Source: a virus (Duplodnaviria; Caudoviricetes). Taken from it: 64,000 nucleotides of DNA. Position 1 is the stretch's first letter; each line of letters opens with the position of its first letter. Shown piece after piece: positions 18,749 to 27,913 of the stretch. A model generated the notes under the pieces. The model ran no database searches. It was not told the origin of the DNA and saw only the letters and a program-made list of their open reading frames with translations. The position numbers and the translations under genes were made by a program. Location of the stretch: IMG/VR virus record IMGVR_UViG_3300032030_004230, one strand, 5' to 3'.

Positions 18749-20221
18749 TTACATGTATTTAGCTCCGCAAGCTGGACAATAGTGGAAGCTGCTTGGGCTC
18801 ATGTAGCCACAGCCTTTGCCGTCGTCTGTTTCACAAGCCATCAAAGTAGACTTTACTGAATCAGCGTAGACAATGTCTTTAAGCTTTCCATCTTCGACAA
18901 TTACATCAAGAATCAAGCTTTTCTCTTCATCAGTAAGCTTTTCATAGCCTTTCAAAAGAGCAATTTTTTCTGGTGTGAGACCAGGCTTTGTGTCTGATGC
19001 TACAGGATCAGTTGTCATTCTTCGACGAGTAGGTGCTTCTGTTTCTTTCATTGTATCAAAAGAAGGAGCTTCAGCAGGCTTCTCTTCAACTACAGGAGCA
19101 GATTCAGCGGGAGTTTCAGCTTTTGCAGCTTCCTGAGCTTCAAACTCTTTCTTCATTGCAGCTTCACGGTCTTTTTCAGCTTTTTCAGCTTCAGCCAAGC
19201 TTGTAAGTTCTGCTGCAAAGTTTGTGTTAAGTGCTGCATCGATTGTGCGAATCTGATTTCCGAGGCGAGAAAGAATCTTGTTGTAAGAAGTTACAGCAAA
19301 CAATTTCTGAATGTTGTAAGTCTCATAATTCTTTTCTTCTTCAGTAAGACCAGGATTTGTAGAAACTCTTTCCCAGTCTTTCTCTGAAATACCCTCAAGC
19401 TCTACAATGTCATTTTTCTCTTTCTGCTTTGAAGCATTCTGCAATTTGTATGCAGGTGACTTCTGGCCAGTGCGGATAACATAAGTATCGAATTTGTCCC
19501 AACCGAGCTTGTATTTGTATGAGAGGTCATACATTGGCTCCAAGAATCCAGCTGAGCTGATACCACGATCTGCATATTCACGAACTACTTTCTGTCCAGG
19601 ATGCTCCTGATCATCGTACTCTTTACGAGTTACATTCTTTGAGAAGATTTTTGTATGCTTGTTTTCTTTACACCAATCATCAAGACGGTCAATACAGTTT
19701 CCGAAGAAAGTCTGCTTTCCAGCCCAACCTGATGCCCATCCGTAAGGCTTGAATTTTGAGCCAGGCTTATCATCTTCAGGCTTATAACCGCCCTTCTTGA
19801 TAATGGCCCAAATTTCTGGGTGTTCTGTCTGTACAGGGAATGTTGCTGTTCCGTTCTTCCACTCTTTGTGATTTACAGTATCGATGATTTTCCACATAAT
19901 ATGGTCAGGATTCTGCTCACGTGTAGGAAGATAGAGATACATTTCAGCGCCTTTGTCATCTTTTACTTTTGCAAGATTGCGTTCGACTGAAGTGTAGCCT
20001 TTGTTTGGGTCTGTTTCTTCTTTTGGGAATGAACCGATAAAACGAACTACTGCATAACCGCCAACGGGTGCAGCGCAAAATTTGATAGGATCGAAGTCTT
20101 GTTTGTTGTTTTCGAAACGCTGTTTGCGTTCCTCAGCTTCTTTCTTTCTCTGTTCTTCTTTGTCTTTCCTAGACTTGATAAAGCTAGTGAAGACGTCGTC
20201 ATCTGGAGTCTCGTAACTCAT
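18749..20221 (-). CDS. Single-stranded DNA-binding protein, T4 gp32-like, with C-terminal zinc ribbon
   Basis: GYAVVRF motif (gp32 AVIRFLP), E/A/P-rich linker, C..GCG..CPACG; highly expressed codon style; next to helicase and loader. Confidence 0.6.
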   Translation of the reverse strand: MSYETPDDDVFTSFIKSRKDKEEQRKKEAEERKQRFENNKQDFDPIKFCAAPVGGYAVVRFIGSFPKEETDPNKGYTSVERNLAKVKDDKGAEMYLYLPTREQNPDHIMWKIIDTVNHKEWKNGTATFPVQTEHPEIWAIIKKGGYKPEDDKPGSKFKPYGWASGWAGKQTFFGNCIDRLDDWCKENKHTKIFSKNVTRKEYDDQEHPGQKVVREYADRGISSAGFLEPMYDLSYKYKLGWDKFDTYVIRTGQKSPAYKLQNASKQKEKNDIVELEGISEKDWERVSTNPGLTEEEKNYETYNIQKLFAVTSYNKILSRLGNQIRTIDAALNTNFAAELTSLAEAEKAEKDREAAMKKEFEAQEAAKAETPAESAPVVEEKPAEAPSFDTMKETEAPTRRRMTTDPVASDTKPGLTPEKIALLKGYEKLTDEEKSLILDVIVEDGKLKDIVYADSVKSTLMACETDDGKGCGYMSPSSFHYCPACGAKYM

Positions 20222-20354
20222 AATGTGTTTCCTCTTCTTGACTACTTTGAGTCATTTGAATAAAATTTATTTTATGTTACCCAACGGGTAAAAATTTCTA
20301 CTTCTTGATGTTATAGAAATTTAGTAGTATATTAACACATAGTCTAGAAACTTT

Positions 20355-20640
20355 GAATTCGTCAACTATTAATGGAGACGACACTGCTATGTGAGAAGTG
20401 GGGGGGAATAGCTGCTATTTAATTATTAATTTAATTTATTCTATGTTTCTATGCATAATAACGAATTCGTCAACTATTAATGGCGCTACGCGCTATATGC
20501 GAAGAGGGGGGGAAGGGGGGGCAGTTGCTTGTTATTAATTATTAATTTAAATTTATTTTTCTTTTTTATTTTTTGAGAATATCATGAATTCGTCAACTAT
20601 TAATGGGGACGATTCGATAGTGTAGATAGAGGGGCTGGCG
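20355..20640. repeat. Three copies of 21-bp GAATTCGTCAACTATTAATGG, each followed by a G-tract and an AT-rich block; candidate replication origin
   Basis: Exact copies at 20355, 20463, 20586; G7 at 20400-20406, G7-AA-G7 at 20506-20521. Confidence 0.85.
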
Positions 20641-20675
20641 TAATATTTTTTTTTTAGATTTGTTAATATCTTTAT

Positions 20676-21239
20676 ATGGCAGAGTACTACATTACTGGAA
20701 ATGGGCAGAGAATATATAAAGATCCTGCAAAGCAAAGAGCATACTTGAAATGGCTTGAGAATAAAGAACTTGAAAAATCTAGAAAAATGAGACCTCAGCA
20801 GCAAAGGCCTGCACCTGCAAGACAAAAGCCTGATGATGGATACGACATAATTGATGGAGAAAGAATCTATCATGATCCTGCAAAGCAAGCTCGTTGGATG
20901 AAGTTTCTCAAAGAAAAAGAGGCTCAGAAAGCTGCAAATGAAAGAGATGAATTTGAGAATGCATATTCTGAAGACAATGCAGAAGAAGAATACACAATCA
21001 ATCAATTCGGTGACAGACAGTATTACGACCCTGAAAAACAAAGAGCTTATGAGGAACTAATTAAACGAAAAGCAAGAGAAGAAATTGAGCACCCGAAAGA
21101 TAACACGATCTTTTCATCTCAATATCGAGACTTGGATTTTCAGTATCAATGGGAAGAAAAAGAATTCGACTCATCAAATTTTGAGATGGAAGAGGGCGAT
21201 TATGACCTTGGCGACAAGGAACAGCCTTCAGAGGACTGA
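20676..21239 (+). CDS. Protein with three G-x-R-x-Y-x-D-P-x-K-Q repeats and an acidic tail
   Basis: GQRIYKDPAKQRAY, GERIYHDPAKQARW, GDRQYYDPEKQRAY. Confidence 0.8.
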   Translation: MAEYYITGNGQRIYKDPAKQRAYLKWLENKELEKSRKMRPQQQRPAPARQKPDDGYDIIDGERIYHDPAKQARWMKFLKEKEAQKAANERDEFENAYSEDNAEEEYTINQFGDRQYYDPEKQRAYEELIKRKAREEIEHPKDNTIFSSQYRDLDFQYQWEEKEFDSSNFEMEEGDYDLGDKEQPSED

Positions 21240-21247
21240 AATTAAAG

Positions 21248-22174
21248 ATGTTAGACACAACACTCACTTTTCCTAACGCAGGAATAAATGTTCTTATTAT
21301 ATCAGGAACGCATGGCGATGAATCTAATGCAGTAAAAGTATCTTCTATGCTTTACAGAAGCTTGGCTGCATTGGCTACATCAGGACAGCAGGCAATTGAC
21401 AGAATTGGCTCTATTAGATTTCTTATCGGAATCAATGAGCAGGGCTTGAAATACAATTCAAGAGAGTATGTCCCTTCACAGTACTCACATGATATCAATA
21501 GAAGCTTTTCTGCAGAACCGCAGACACAGGCTGAAATTATCAATGTTGTAACAGATGCAATTAAAGATTGCGATGTTATGGTTGATTTACATAACTCAGA
21601 ATTTTGTGCAAATTGCTTTGCTATTGACAATAATTCAGAAGCTCCGTACTTTATAGAGTTCTTGACAAGAAACAAGCTTCCATTCACATTGAGAGATTCT
21701 TGCGGTAACAGCACAATCAAACAGTATGCCAACAAAGCTGGTAAAGTAGGATTCACTCTTGAGCTTGATTGCATGGGCTATTCTTATGATGCACAGAAAA
21801 TTCAAGAGAACATGCAGTTTGTCTACAATTTCTTGAAGACACTTGGCTCAGCAAGATTGCCAAAATCATTTGATGACTCAGTTTGCACAGTCTGGAATCC
21901 TACAGCACTTTCAGCAAAAGAGATTCCAGTCATTGATTTGCATGCTTACACTGCATTCTCGATTTTCTCTAGAGCATCAGGTCTTGTAAATTATGCAAAG
22001 CCAAATCCGCTTGCTACTTATCAGAAAGGCGAGACGATTGCTGAAGTCACAGATTTTGCTGGAAACATTCTTTACACTATAAAAGCTCCAGTTGCAGGAT
22101 TTATGACATGCATCAGCTCATCGCTTTATATTGCTGAGAATGATTCTATTGGAGAATTCCAGCCTTCATTCTAA
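21248..22174 (+). CDS. M14 metallo-carboxypeptidase (AstE/aspartoacylase family)
   Basis: GTHGDE, DINRSF, DLHN, TLE, C-terminal barrel-sandwich IKAPVAG. Confidence 0.85.
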   Translation: MLDTTLTFPNAGINVLIISGTHGDESNAVKVSSMLYRSLAALATSGQQAIDRIGSIRFLIGINEQGLKYNSREYVPSQYSHDINRSFSAEPQTQAEIINVVTDAIKDCDVMVDLHNSEFCANCFAIDNNSEAPYFIEFLTRNKLPFTLRDSCGNSTIKQYANKAGKVGFTLELDCMGYSYDAQKIQENMQFVYNFLKTLGSARLPKSFDDSVCTVWNPTALSAKEIPVIDLHAYTAFSIFSRASGLVNYAKPNPLATYQKGETIAEVTDFAGNILYTIKAPVAGFMTCISSSLYIAENDSIGEFQPSF

Positions 22175-22191
22175 TTAGAAGACACAAATAA

Positions 22192-22213
22192 GAGAGCTCA
22201 TAGAAGAGCTCTC
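22192..22213 (+). terminator. Hairpin after the M14 peptidase gene
   Basis: GAGAGCTC-loop-GAGCTCTC, no clear U-tail. Confidence 0.45.
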
Positions 22214-22291
22214 AAGTTGTCTATAGTTAATTTTTAATTACTTATTTGCAATTTAATGTTTCAAAGAAAACATGTATAAGAGGTTTTTAAG

Positions 22292-23623
22292 TTGAACATC
22301 ACTGAATTTCTAGACACGCAGTATAATGAAGCTGCTTTGTACATGCTTTATCGTAATACTGCTTCCTATGTAGACGGACTAAAGAATGCTGCTCGTAAAG
22401 TTGTTTACACAATCAAAAAAAGAAACATTTCTCATCCAATGAAAGTTTCAGCACTTGGCTCAGCTGTAGTAGAAGCAGCAGAGTATTTGCATGGAGATGC
22501 TTCAATTCAGACTACAATTGTAACAGCAGCAAAAAGTGCAGGTGGCTACAACAATCTTCCAGTTCTTGAAGGCATTGGGGCTTTTGGAACTCGTTTCAAC
22601 AAAGAGAATGCTGCAGCTCGTTACATCTTTGCAAAGCCTGCAGAGTATTTTGACCTGCTTTTCAGAAAAGAAGATGACCCAAATCTTGCATTGCAGGAAT
22701 TCGAGGGAAAGCCAATTGAGCCTATGTACTATGTTCCTACTTTGCCTTTGATTTTGGTAAATGGCTCAGAAGGTATTGGTGTTGGTTTCTCTTCTTTGGT
22801 TTTTGCAAGGCCTGTTGCAAATGTCATAAAGGCGACAAGAGCTTTTATTGAGGGAAAAAAATTAAAATCTGAGTGGTTCTACCCTGGCTGGCATGACTTT
22901 AGAGGCACAGTTGCTCCAGATGAAGGCACAAGGTGGATTGTCAAGGGCGTATATGAACGCAATGGCAAGAAGGTTAAGATTTCTGAAGTGCCTATTTCTT
23001 GGAACTTGAAGCCTTTTACTGACAATCTTGATAAGCTCAAAGATGCTGGAAAAATCAGAAGCTATCTAGACTTCTCAGAAGACGATCACTTTAAGTTTGA
23101 AGTCACACTTTCAGATGAAGAAGCTCTCAAGACATCTGAAGAGATCGAAAAAGATCTTGGCTTAGTAGAGCCAATGTCTGAGATTCTCTCTTTGTTCGAT
23201 GAGACAAATCAAATCCGTGAGTACAATGACATTAAAGAGATATTTAAAGACTATTGTGACATCAAAATCAAGTCACTTCAGTGGAGAATCAAATCTGAGA
23301 TTGCTCGGCTCTCAAAAGAAGAAAGTGACCTTAAAGAAACATTGAAATTCGTCAAAGAGAATATAAAAGGCACTATCGTTCTTAAAAATAAGAAGAAAGC
23401 TGAAGCAGAAAAAGAGCTTAAAGAAAAAGGCTATACAATCATTGACAAGCTGATTTCTATGCCACTTTATTCTTTGACCATAGATAAGGTAAAAGAGCTT
23501 GAAGACAAAGTGAAAGCAAAGACAGCAGAACTTAAAGCAATGAAAACAGCTACTCCTCAGTCTTTGTGGTCTAAAGACATTGACGAGCTCGAAGTTAATT
23601 TGAAAAAGACAGGTTGGTTGTAA
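22292..23623 (+). CDS. DNA topoisomerase II, cleavage subunit (T4 gp52/GyrA/ParC-like)
   Basis: DGLK..RK, YLHGDAS, AAARY catalytic Tyr, LVNGSEGIGVG. Confidence 0.95.
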   Translation: MNITEFLDTQYNEAALYMLYRNTASYVDGLKNAARKVVYTIKKRNISHPMKVSALGSAVVEAAEYLHGDASIQTTIVTAAKSAGGYNNLPVLEGIGAFGTRFNKENAAARYIFAKPAEYFDLLFRKEDDPNLALQEFEGKPIEPMYYVPTLPLILVNGSEGIGVGFSSLVFARPVANVIKATRAFIEGKKLKSEWFYPGWHDFRGTVAPDEGTRWIVKGVYERNGKKVKISEVPISWNLKPFTDNLDKLKDAGKIRSYLDFSEDDHFKFEVTLSDEEALKTSEEIEKDLGLVEPMSEILSLFDETNQIREYNDIKEIFKDYCDIKIKSLQWRIKSEIARLSKEESDLKETLKFVKENIKGTIVLKNKKKAEAEKELKEKGYTIIDKLISMPLYSLTIDKVKELEDKVKAKTAELKAMKTATPQSLWSKDIDELEVNLKKTGWL

Positions 23624-23624
23624 G

Positions 23625-25490
23625 ATGGCAAGTAAAGATTCAGCAATACAGTCACTCTCAACAGTAGAGCATATTTTGAAAAGACCAGGCATGTGGATTG
23701 GTGGTACAAGTCCGATTGAGCATGATGTCTGGATTCTTGATGATAATGATTCTATTTCTTTCAAGAAAGTTCTTTATACAGAAGGTCTTCTGAAGATTTG
23801 TAATGAGGTTATCGACAACTCTATTGATGAAGGCATCAAGACAGACTGGAAATATTCAAATAAAATCAAAATCTCAATCACTAAAGATACTTTCTCTTGT
23901 GAAGACAATGGCAGAGGCATTCCTGTAGAGAAAGACGCTAAAGGCGATTGGATGTGTGTAAATGCTGTCTGTAAGCCAATGTCTGGAAGCAATTTCACAG
24001 ATGACAATCGTCAGACAATTGGTACAAACGGCATCGGTGTTAAGGGTGCTAATATCTTCTCAAAAGAGTTTGAATGTATCACTTGCGACGGCAAGAACAA
24101 AATGAAGATTGAGTGCTCTGACAATAGAGCAAATGAGAAGCACACTCTTCTTAAGGGCAATGACAAAACCGGCACAAAAGTCTCATTCAAGCCCGACTTT
24201 GAAAGATTTCATGTAAAGAACTTTGATGATGGGATTATTTCTCTTATTAAGACAAGATTAAAGTTCCTCTCTTGGTTTTATCCGAAGTGTCAGATTTCTC
24301 TCAATGGCGAGAAAATGGGAATGAAAGCAAAAGAGCTTTCTCAGCTATTCCCTCAGCCTTCAGTCACTGTAAGCAATGACAATGTTCTTATCATGGTTTA
24401 TCCTGCAGAAGAACAAGCATTTCTGACTTATGTAAACGGTATTTCTTTAAGAGACGGTGGCTCTCATGTTGAGTACATTCTTGGAAAATTGATTTATGAC
24501 ATTCGAGAGAAAGTCTCTAAGAAGTACAAAGCAATTAAGCCAATGGACATTCGAAATCGTCTTGGCATTGTAGTTCTTTTCAAAGGCTTTGCAAATTGTG
24601 CTTTCAACAGTCAGACAAAAGAAGAACTTACAAATGCTCCTGCAGACACTGGCGAGTTCTTAAGAAACAATGGCATCAGTCTTGATGAATTGTCTGCAAA
24701 GATTCTTAAGACAAAGCCGATTGTAGACAATATTGTAGATCTCTTTAGGCTTAAAGAAGAGCTCAATGAGAGAAAAGAACTTGCTGCTCTTAATAAAACT
24801 AAAAAAGAAGTAAAGAGCGAGAAGTACTTCCCTCCGATTGCAAAAACAGGTCAGAAGTTCCTTATGATTACTGAAGGTCAGTCGGCATTCTCTGGAATCT
24901 CTCCAATTCTTGGTAGAAAAGGCATTGGCTACTATATGCTTCGTGGTAAGCCTATGAATATTCTTGAAAAGCCTGCAGCAGGTGCTAAAGGCTACATGAA
25001 GAATCTTGAGATTTCTGAACTTGTAAATATTCTCGGTCTAGACTTGAATGGAAAGACTGAAGACATGAGATATGACTATGTAGTCGTTCTTTCTGACGCA
25101 GATCCAGACGGCACTTCTATCGCAGGCCTTACGCTTGCTATGATGTCTAAGCTTGCACCAAAAATGATTGAGCAGGGACGAATCTGTCGTCTCAATACGC
25201 CTCTTCTTATTGGTCTTAAAGGCAACAAAGTAGAAGAATACTATTTCAAATTTCCTGACAGAAAAGACATGAAGAAGACTCTCTCATACTTCTATTTGAA
25301 GGGCTTAGGCTCTTGGACGAAAGATCGTCTCAATCAAGTTCTCGATAAAGAAGGCGGGATGGAAAAGCTCTTGATGCCTTTTGAGATGGATAAAAAAGCT
25401 CTTGAATCTATCAACAATTGGTTTGGTCCTGATGCTACTGAAAGAAAGAAAAAACTTCGTGGTATTGAGTTCCATATCAATAATGCATAA
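23625..25490 (+). CDS. DNA topoisomerase II, ATPase/TOPRIM subunit (unsplit gp39+gp60, GyrB/ParE-like)
   Basis: HILKRPGMWIG, EVIDNSIDE, DNGRGIP, GTNGIG, TEGQSA, LRGK, DADPDG, KGLG. Confidence 0.95.
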   Translation: MASKDSAIQSLSTVEHILKRPGMWIGGTSPIEHDVWILDDNDSISFKKVLYTEGLLKICNEVIDNSIDEGIKTDWKYSNKIKISITKDTFSCEDNGRGIPVEKDAKGDWMCVNAVCKPMSGSNFTDDNRQTIGTNGIGVKGANIFSKEFECITCDGKNKMKIECSDNRANEKHTLLKGNDKTGTKVSFKPDFERFHVKNFDDGIISLIKTRLKFLSWFYPKCQISLNGEKMGMKAKELSQLFPQPSVTVSNDNVLIMVYPAEEQAFLTYVNGISLRDGGSHVEYILGKLIYDIREKVSKKYKAIKPMDIRNRLGIVVLFKGFANCAFNSQTKEELTNAPADTGEFLRNNGISLDELSAKILKTKPIVDNIVDLFRLKEELNERKELAALNKTKKEVKSEKYFPPIAKTGQKFLMITEGQSAFSGISPILGRKGIGYYMLRGKPMNILEKPAAGAKGYMKNLEISELVNILGLDLNGKTEDMRYDYVVVLSDADPDGTSIAGLTLAMMSKLAPKMIEQGRICRLNTPLLIGLKGNKVEEYYFKFPDRKDMKKTLSYFYLKGLGSWTKDRLNQVLDKEGGMEKLLMPFEMDKKALESINNWFGPDATERKKKLRGIEFHINNA

Positions 25491-25523
25491 GACATAAGTC
25501 TTCAATAGAGAGTTTTAATTAGC

Positions 25524-25585
25524 AGCTCCCTCTTAGTAGGGAGCTTTTTCTTTTAAAAAACTTTGCAGAATTCTATTATATTATT
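25524..25585 (+). promoter_or_regulatory. Terminator plus TATTATATTA promoter cassette (copy 1)
   Basis: AGCTCCCT/AGGGAGCT hairpin, U-tail, TTAAAAAACTTTGCAGAA, TATTATATTATT; copy at 31610-31674. Confidence 0.75.
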
Positions 25586-25606
25586 TATGTATGGGAGACT
25601 TACAAT

Positions 25607-25753
25607 ATGAGAGAATATGCAGGTAAGCTCATAGAGCTTTGTGAGGAAGGTGCTCTTAATTGGGAGACTCTTGCTCGAGAAGCATTGGCAAGATTGTCTG
25701 AAGATGAAGCAGAAGATATTTGCGAAATCTTTGACCCAAACTATGAAGATTAA
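25607..25753 (+). CDS. Small hypothetical protein (48 aa, MREYAGKLIELCEEG...), not in ORF track
   Basis: GGGAG SD, directly after the promoter motif. Confidence 0.65.
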   Translation: MREYAGKLIELCEEGALNWETLAREALARLSEDEAEDICEIFDPNYED

Positions 25754-25768
25754 GCAGAGGCAGCTATT

Positions 25769-25978
25769 ATGGGCATAACAGTCTATGACGATGATTTTAT
25801 AGGAACTCGTCTCAAAGAGTATCAAAAGACTCGTTACTCAAGCGGAGTAATTGGAGTTTATGATTCTGAAGAAGACTTACATGCTGCAGAAGAATATGAT
25901 AACGGCTATGAGACAGGCCGAGATGAAGGCTTCTTTGATGGTTATGTTCAGTGTCTGAAAGATCTGGGAGTGCGATAA
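25769..25978 (+). CDS. Hypothetical protein
   Basis: 69 aa, GAGG SD. Confidence 0.65.
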   Translation: MGITVYDDDFIGTRLKEYQKTRYSSGVIGVYDSEEDLHAAEEYDNGYETGRDEGFFDGYVQCLKDLGVR

Positions 25979-26886
25979 TGGGAAGTTATTTGAATTTTTC
26001 AATTGAAAGAAAGCTCAGTTCAGGTGAGTGGACGCATTTCTATGATTTGCCTTATGATGATGACTTGTCAATTGTAAATGACAGAGTCCTTAGAGATTTG
26101 TTCTATGATACAGAATTCTATGATGGCATACCATGCATAAATGAGCTTTGCGATAAGACAAAAGCAAACATGTGCTCTAAAATTGAACGACATGGGATTT
26201 TTTGTCATGTAGATGAAGAGTCTGACTTATTTCCATATAAGTTCAAGTGTTTTGAAAACTACTATTGGGCATATACGTCTAATGCAAAAGAGAAAATTCT
26301 TAAAAAGCTTGATGAGCTTGATAAAGATTTAGACACAAAGTTCAATGATGTTGGACTCTTGATTAAAGACGCATATCTTAAAGAGCTCTTCGATAAAAAT
26401 TGTGATATTGTCACTTTTGACGACAGAAGTTATCTTCATCTCTTTATGAGTCCTCATAGTGCGAAGAATGCACTTTTACATAATCCAGACTACAGGGAAG
26501 ACTATTTCTGGGGCGTAGCATCTCTTAAGTATCTAGATAGCAAAAAGAAAGAAGTAAAGCAATATAAGCTCACAAACAATACAAGAGTGAGCTCATATAA
26601 TTCACTTCTCGCAATGAAGTCAGATTTAGAGAAGTCTATAAAAAGAGCTGAGCTCTCTATGTCTGATGAAGCTCGTCTTTCTCAGATTTTGAAAGATGCT
26701 TGTGAAGAAGTTGATGAAGGTGATTGGAACACTTCTCTTGGAAAAGTAGTAAAGAGCTTGATAAAGAACGATAATTTCTCATATTCTGAAGAGTACATCA
26801 ATGAATTGAAATTGCAGCTTCAAGAACTTGAGAAGTTAATTTTCATTACAGGAATAAATGGCAGAGTAATTTGGAACATCTCTTAA
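25978..26886 (+). CDS. Hypothetical protein
   Basis: Start at the TAATG overlap (MGSYLNF). Confidence 0.75.
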   Translation: MGSYLNFSIERKLSSGEWTHFYDLPYDDDLSIVNDRVLRDLFYDTEFYDGIPCINELCDKTKANMCSKIERHGIFCHVDEESDLFPYKFKCFENYYWAYTSNAKEKILKKLDELDKDLDTKFNDVGLLIKDAYLKELFDKNCDIVTFDDRSYLHLFMSPHSAKNALLHNPDYREDYFWGVASLKYLDSKKKEVKQYKLTNNTRVSSYNSLLAMKSDLEKSIKRAELSMSDEARLSQILKDACEEVDEGDWNTSLGKVVKSLIKNDNFSYSEEYINELKLQLQELEKLIFITGINGRVIWNIS

Positions 26887-26910
26887 AAAAAAAGAAGGAG
26901 AATAGAAGAA

Positions 26911-27720
26911 ATGGCTTATGAGTTTGATGTAGGCGCAGTTCATGATAAAATTATTGAGTGGACTCGTGAGTGGTTCAAAGACAAAAAAGGCCCTGCAGTT
27001 CTTGGAATTTCTGGCGGAAAAGACTCAACTGTCACTGCAGCTCTTTTAGCTGAAGCACTCGGTCCTGAAAGAGTAATTGGCGTTCAAATGCCGAATGGTG
27101 AACAGCCAGATATTACAGACAGTGACAAAGTTTTTGAAGTGCTTGGTATTCGCAAAATGACTGTAAATATCAAAGATGCATATATTGCATTAAAAGGTGC
27201 AATTGCAGTCAATTATACGGACGATGTTTCAGAAGGAAAACGCTCAAATAAATGGCCCCCACTTTTCACAACTAACACACCAGCTCGTCTTCGTATGACA
27301 ACACTTTACGGAATTGCTGCAATGGAAAATGGATTTGTTGTCAATACGTGTAATCTCAGCGAAGATGTAGTGGGATATAGCACAAAATACGGTGACTGTG
27401 CAGGTGATTTTTCCCTCTTAAACAAATTGACAAAAACTGAAGTTGTTGAGCTTGGCGATTATATGAAATTGCCGCAAGAGCTTGTTCACAAAACGCCTTC
27501 AGACGGAATGTGCGGTAAGTCTGATGAAGACAATATGGGCTTCGCTTATGAAACACTTGACAAGTGGATTCGTGACGGCCTTAGGCCCATTGCAGCTGAG
27601 ACATTTGAGAAGATTCGTAAGCTTGCAATGAATCCAAATACAAAACTAAAGATGGTTCCGATGGCAACGCCTGACATAGACTTGCCAAATTTGCTGGGGT
27701 TTGAAGTTTATGAGATTTAA
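26911..27720 (+). CDS. nadE: NH3-dependent NAD+ synthetase
   Basis: PP-loop LGISGGKDS, ARLRM, GYSTKYGD, KTPSDG, DEDNMG; no glutaminase domain. Confidence 0.93.
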   Translation: MAYEFDVGAVHDKIIEWTREWFKDKKGPAVLGISGGKDSTVTAALLAEALGPERVIGVQMPNGEQPDITDSDKVFEVLGIRKMTVNIKDAYIALKGAIAVNYTDDVSEGKRSNKWPPLFTTNTPARLRMTTLYGIAAMENGFVVNTCNLSEDVVGYSTKYGDCAGDFSLLNKLTKTEVVELGDYMKLPQELVHKTPSDGMCGKSDEDNMGFAYETLDKWIRDGLRPIAAETFEKIRKLAMNPNTKLKMVPMATPDIDLPNLLGFEVYEI

Positions 27721-27913
27721 TAATCCCTATCATGAGCTTATAGATGTAGCAGGTATTCAAGTTCCAAAAGCAGCCATTGAGTTCATGATACAAAATCCAG
27801 CAAAAATGATGAAAGAGTGGTTTGGTGAGTGTGAGCATGCAGATGAGTTAAAAGACTTATTATCAGAAAAAAGTCCTCAGTCAAATGAGGATAAAAATAT
27901 AGGAGAAAATACT

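Noticed and set aside
20355-20606. CRISPR mini-array
   Set aside because: The repeat is only 21 nt; the intervening segments are 87 and 102 nt and resemble each other (G-tract plus AT block); no cas genes are present.
15179-25490. Introns, inteins or a gene-60-style translational bypass in the helicase or topoisomerase genes
   Set aside because: The ORFs are continuous and of normal length with no intein or homing-endonuclease motifs; the ATPase and TOPRIM parts are in one frame.
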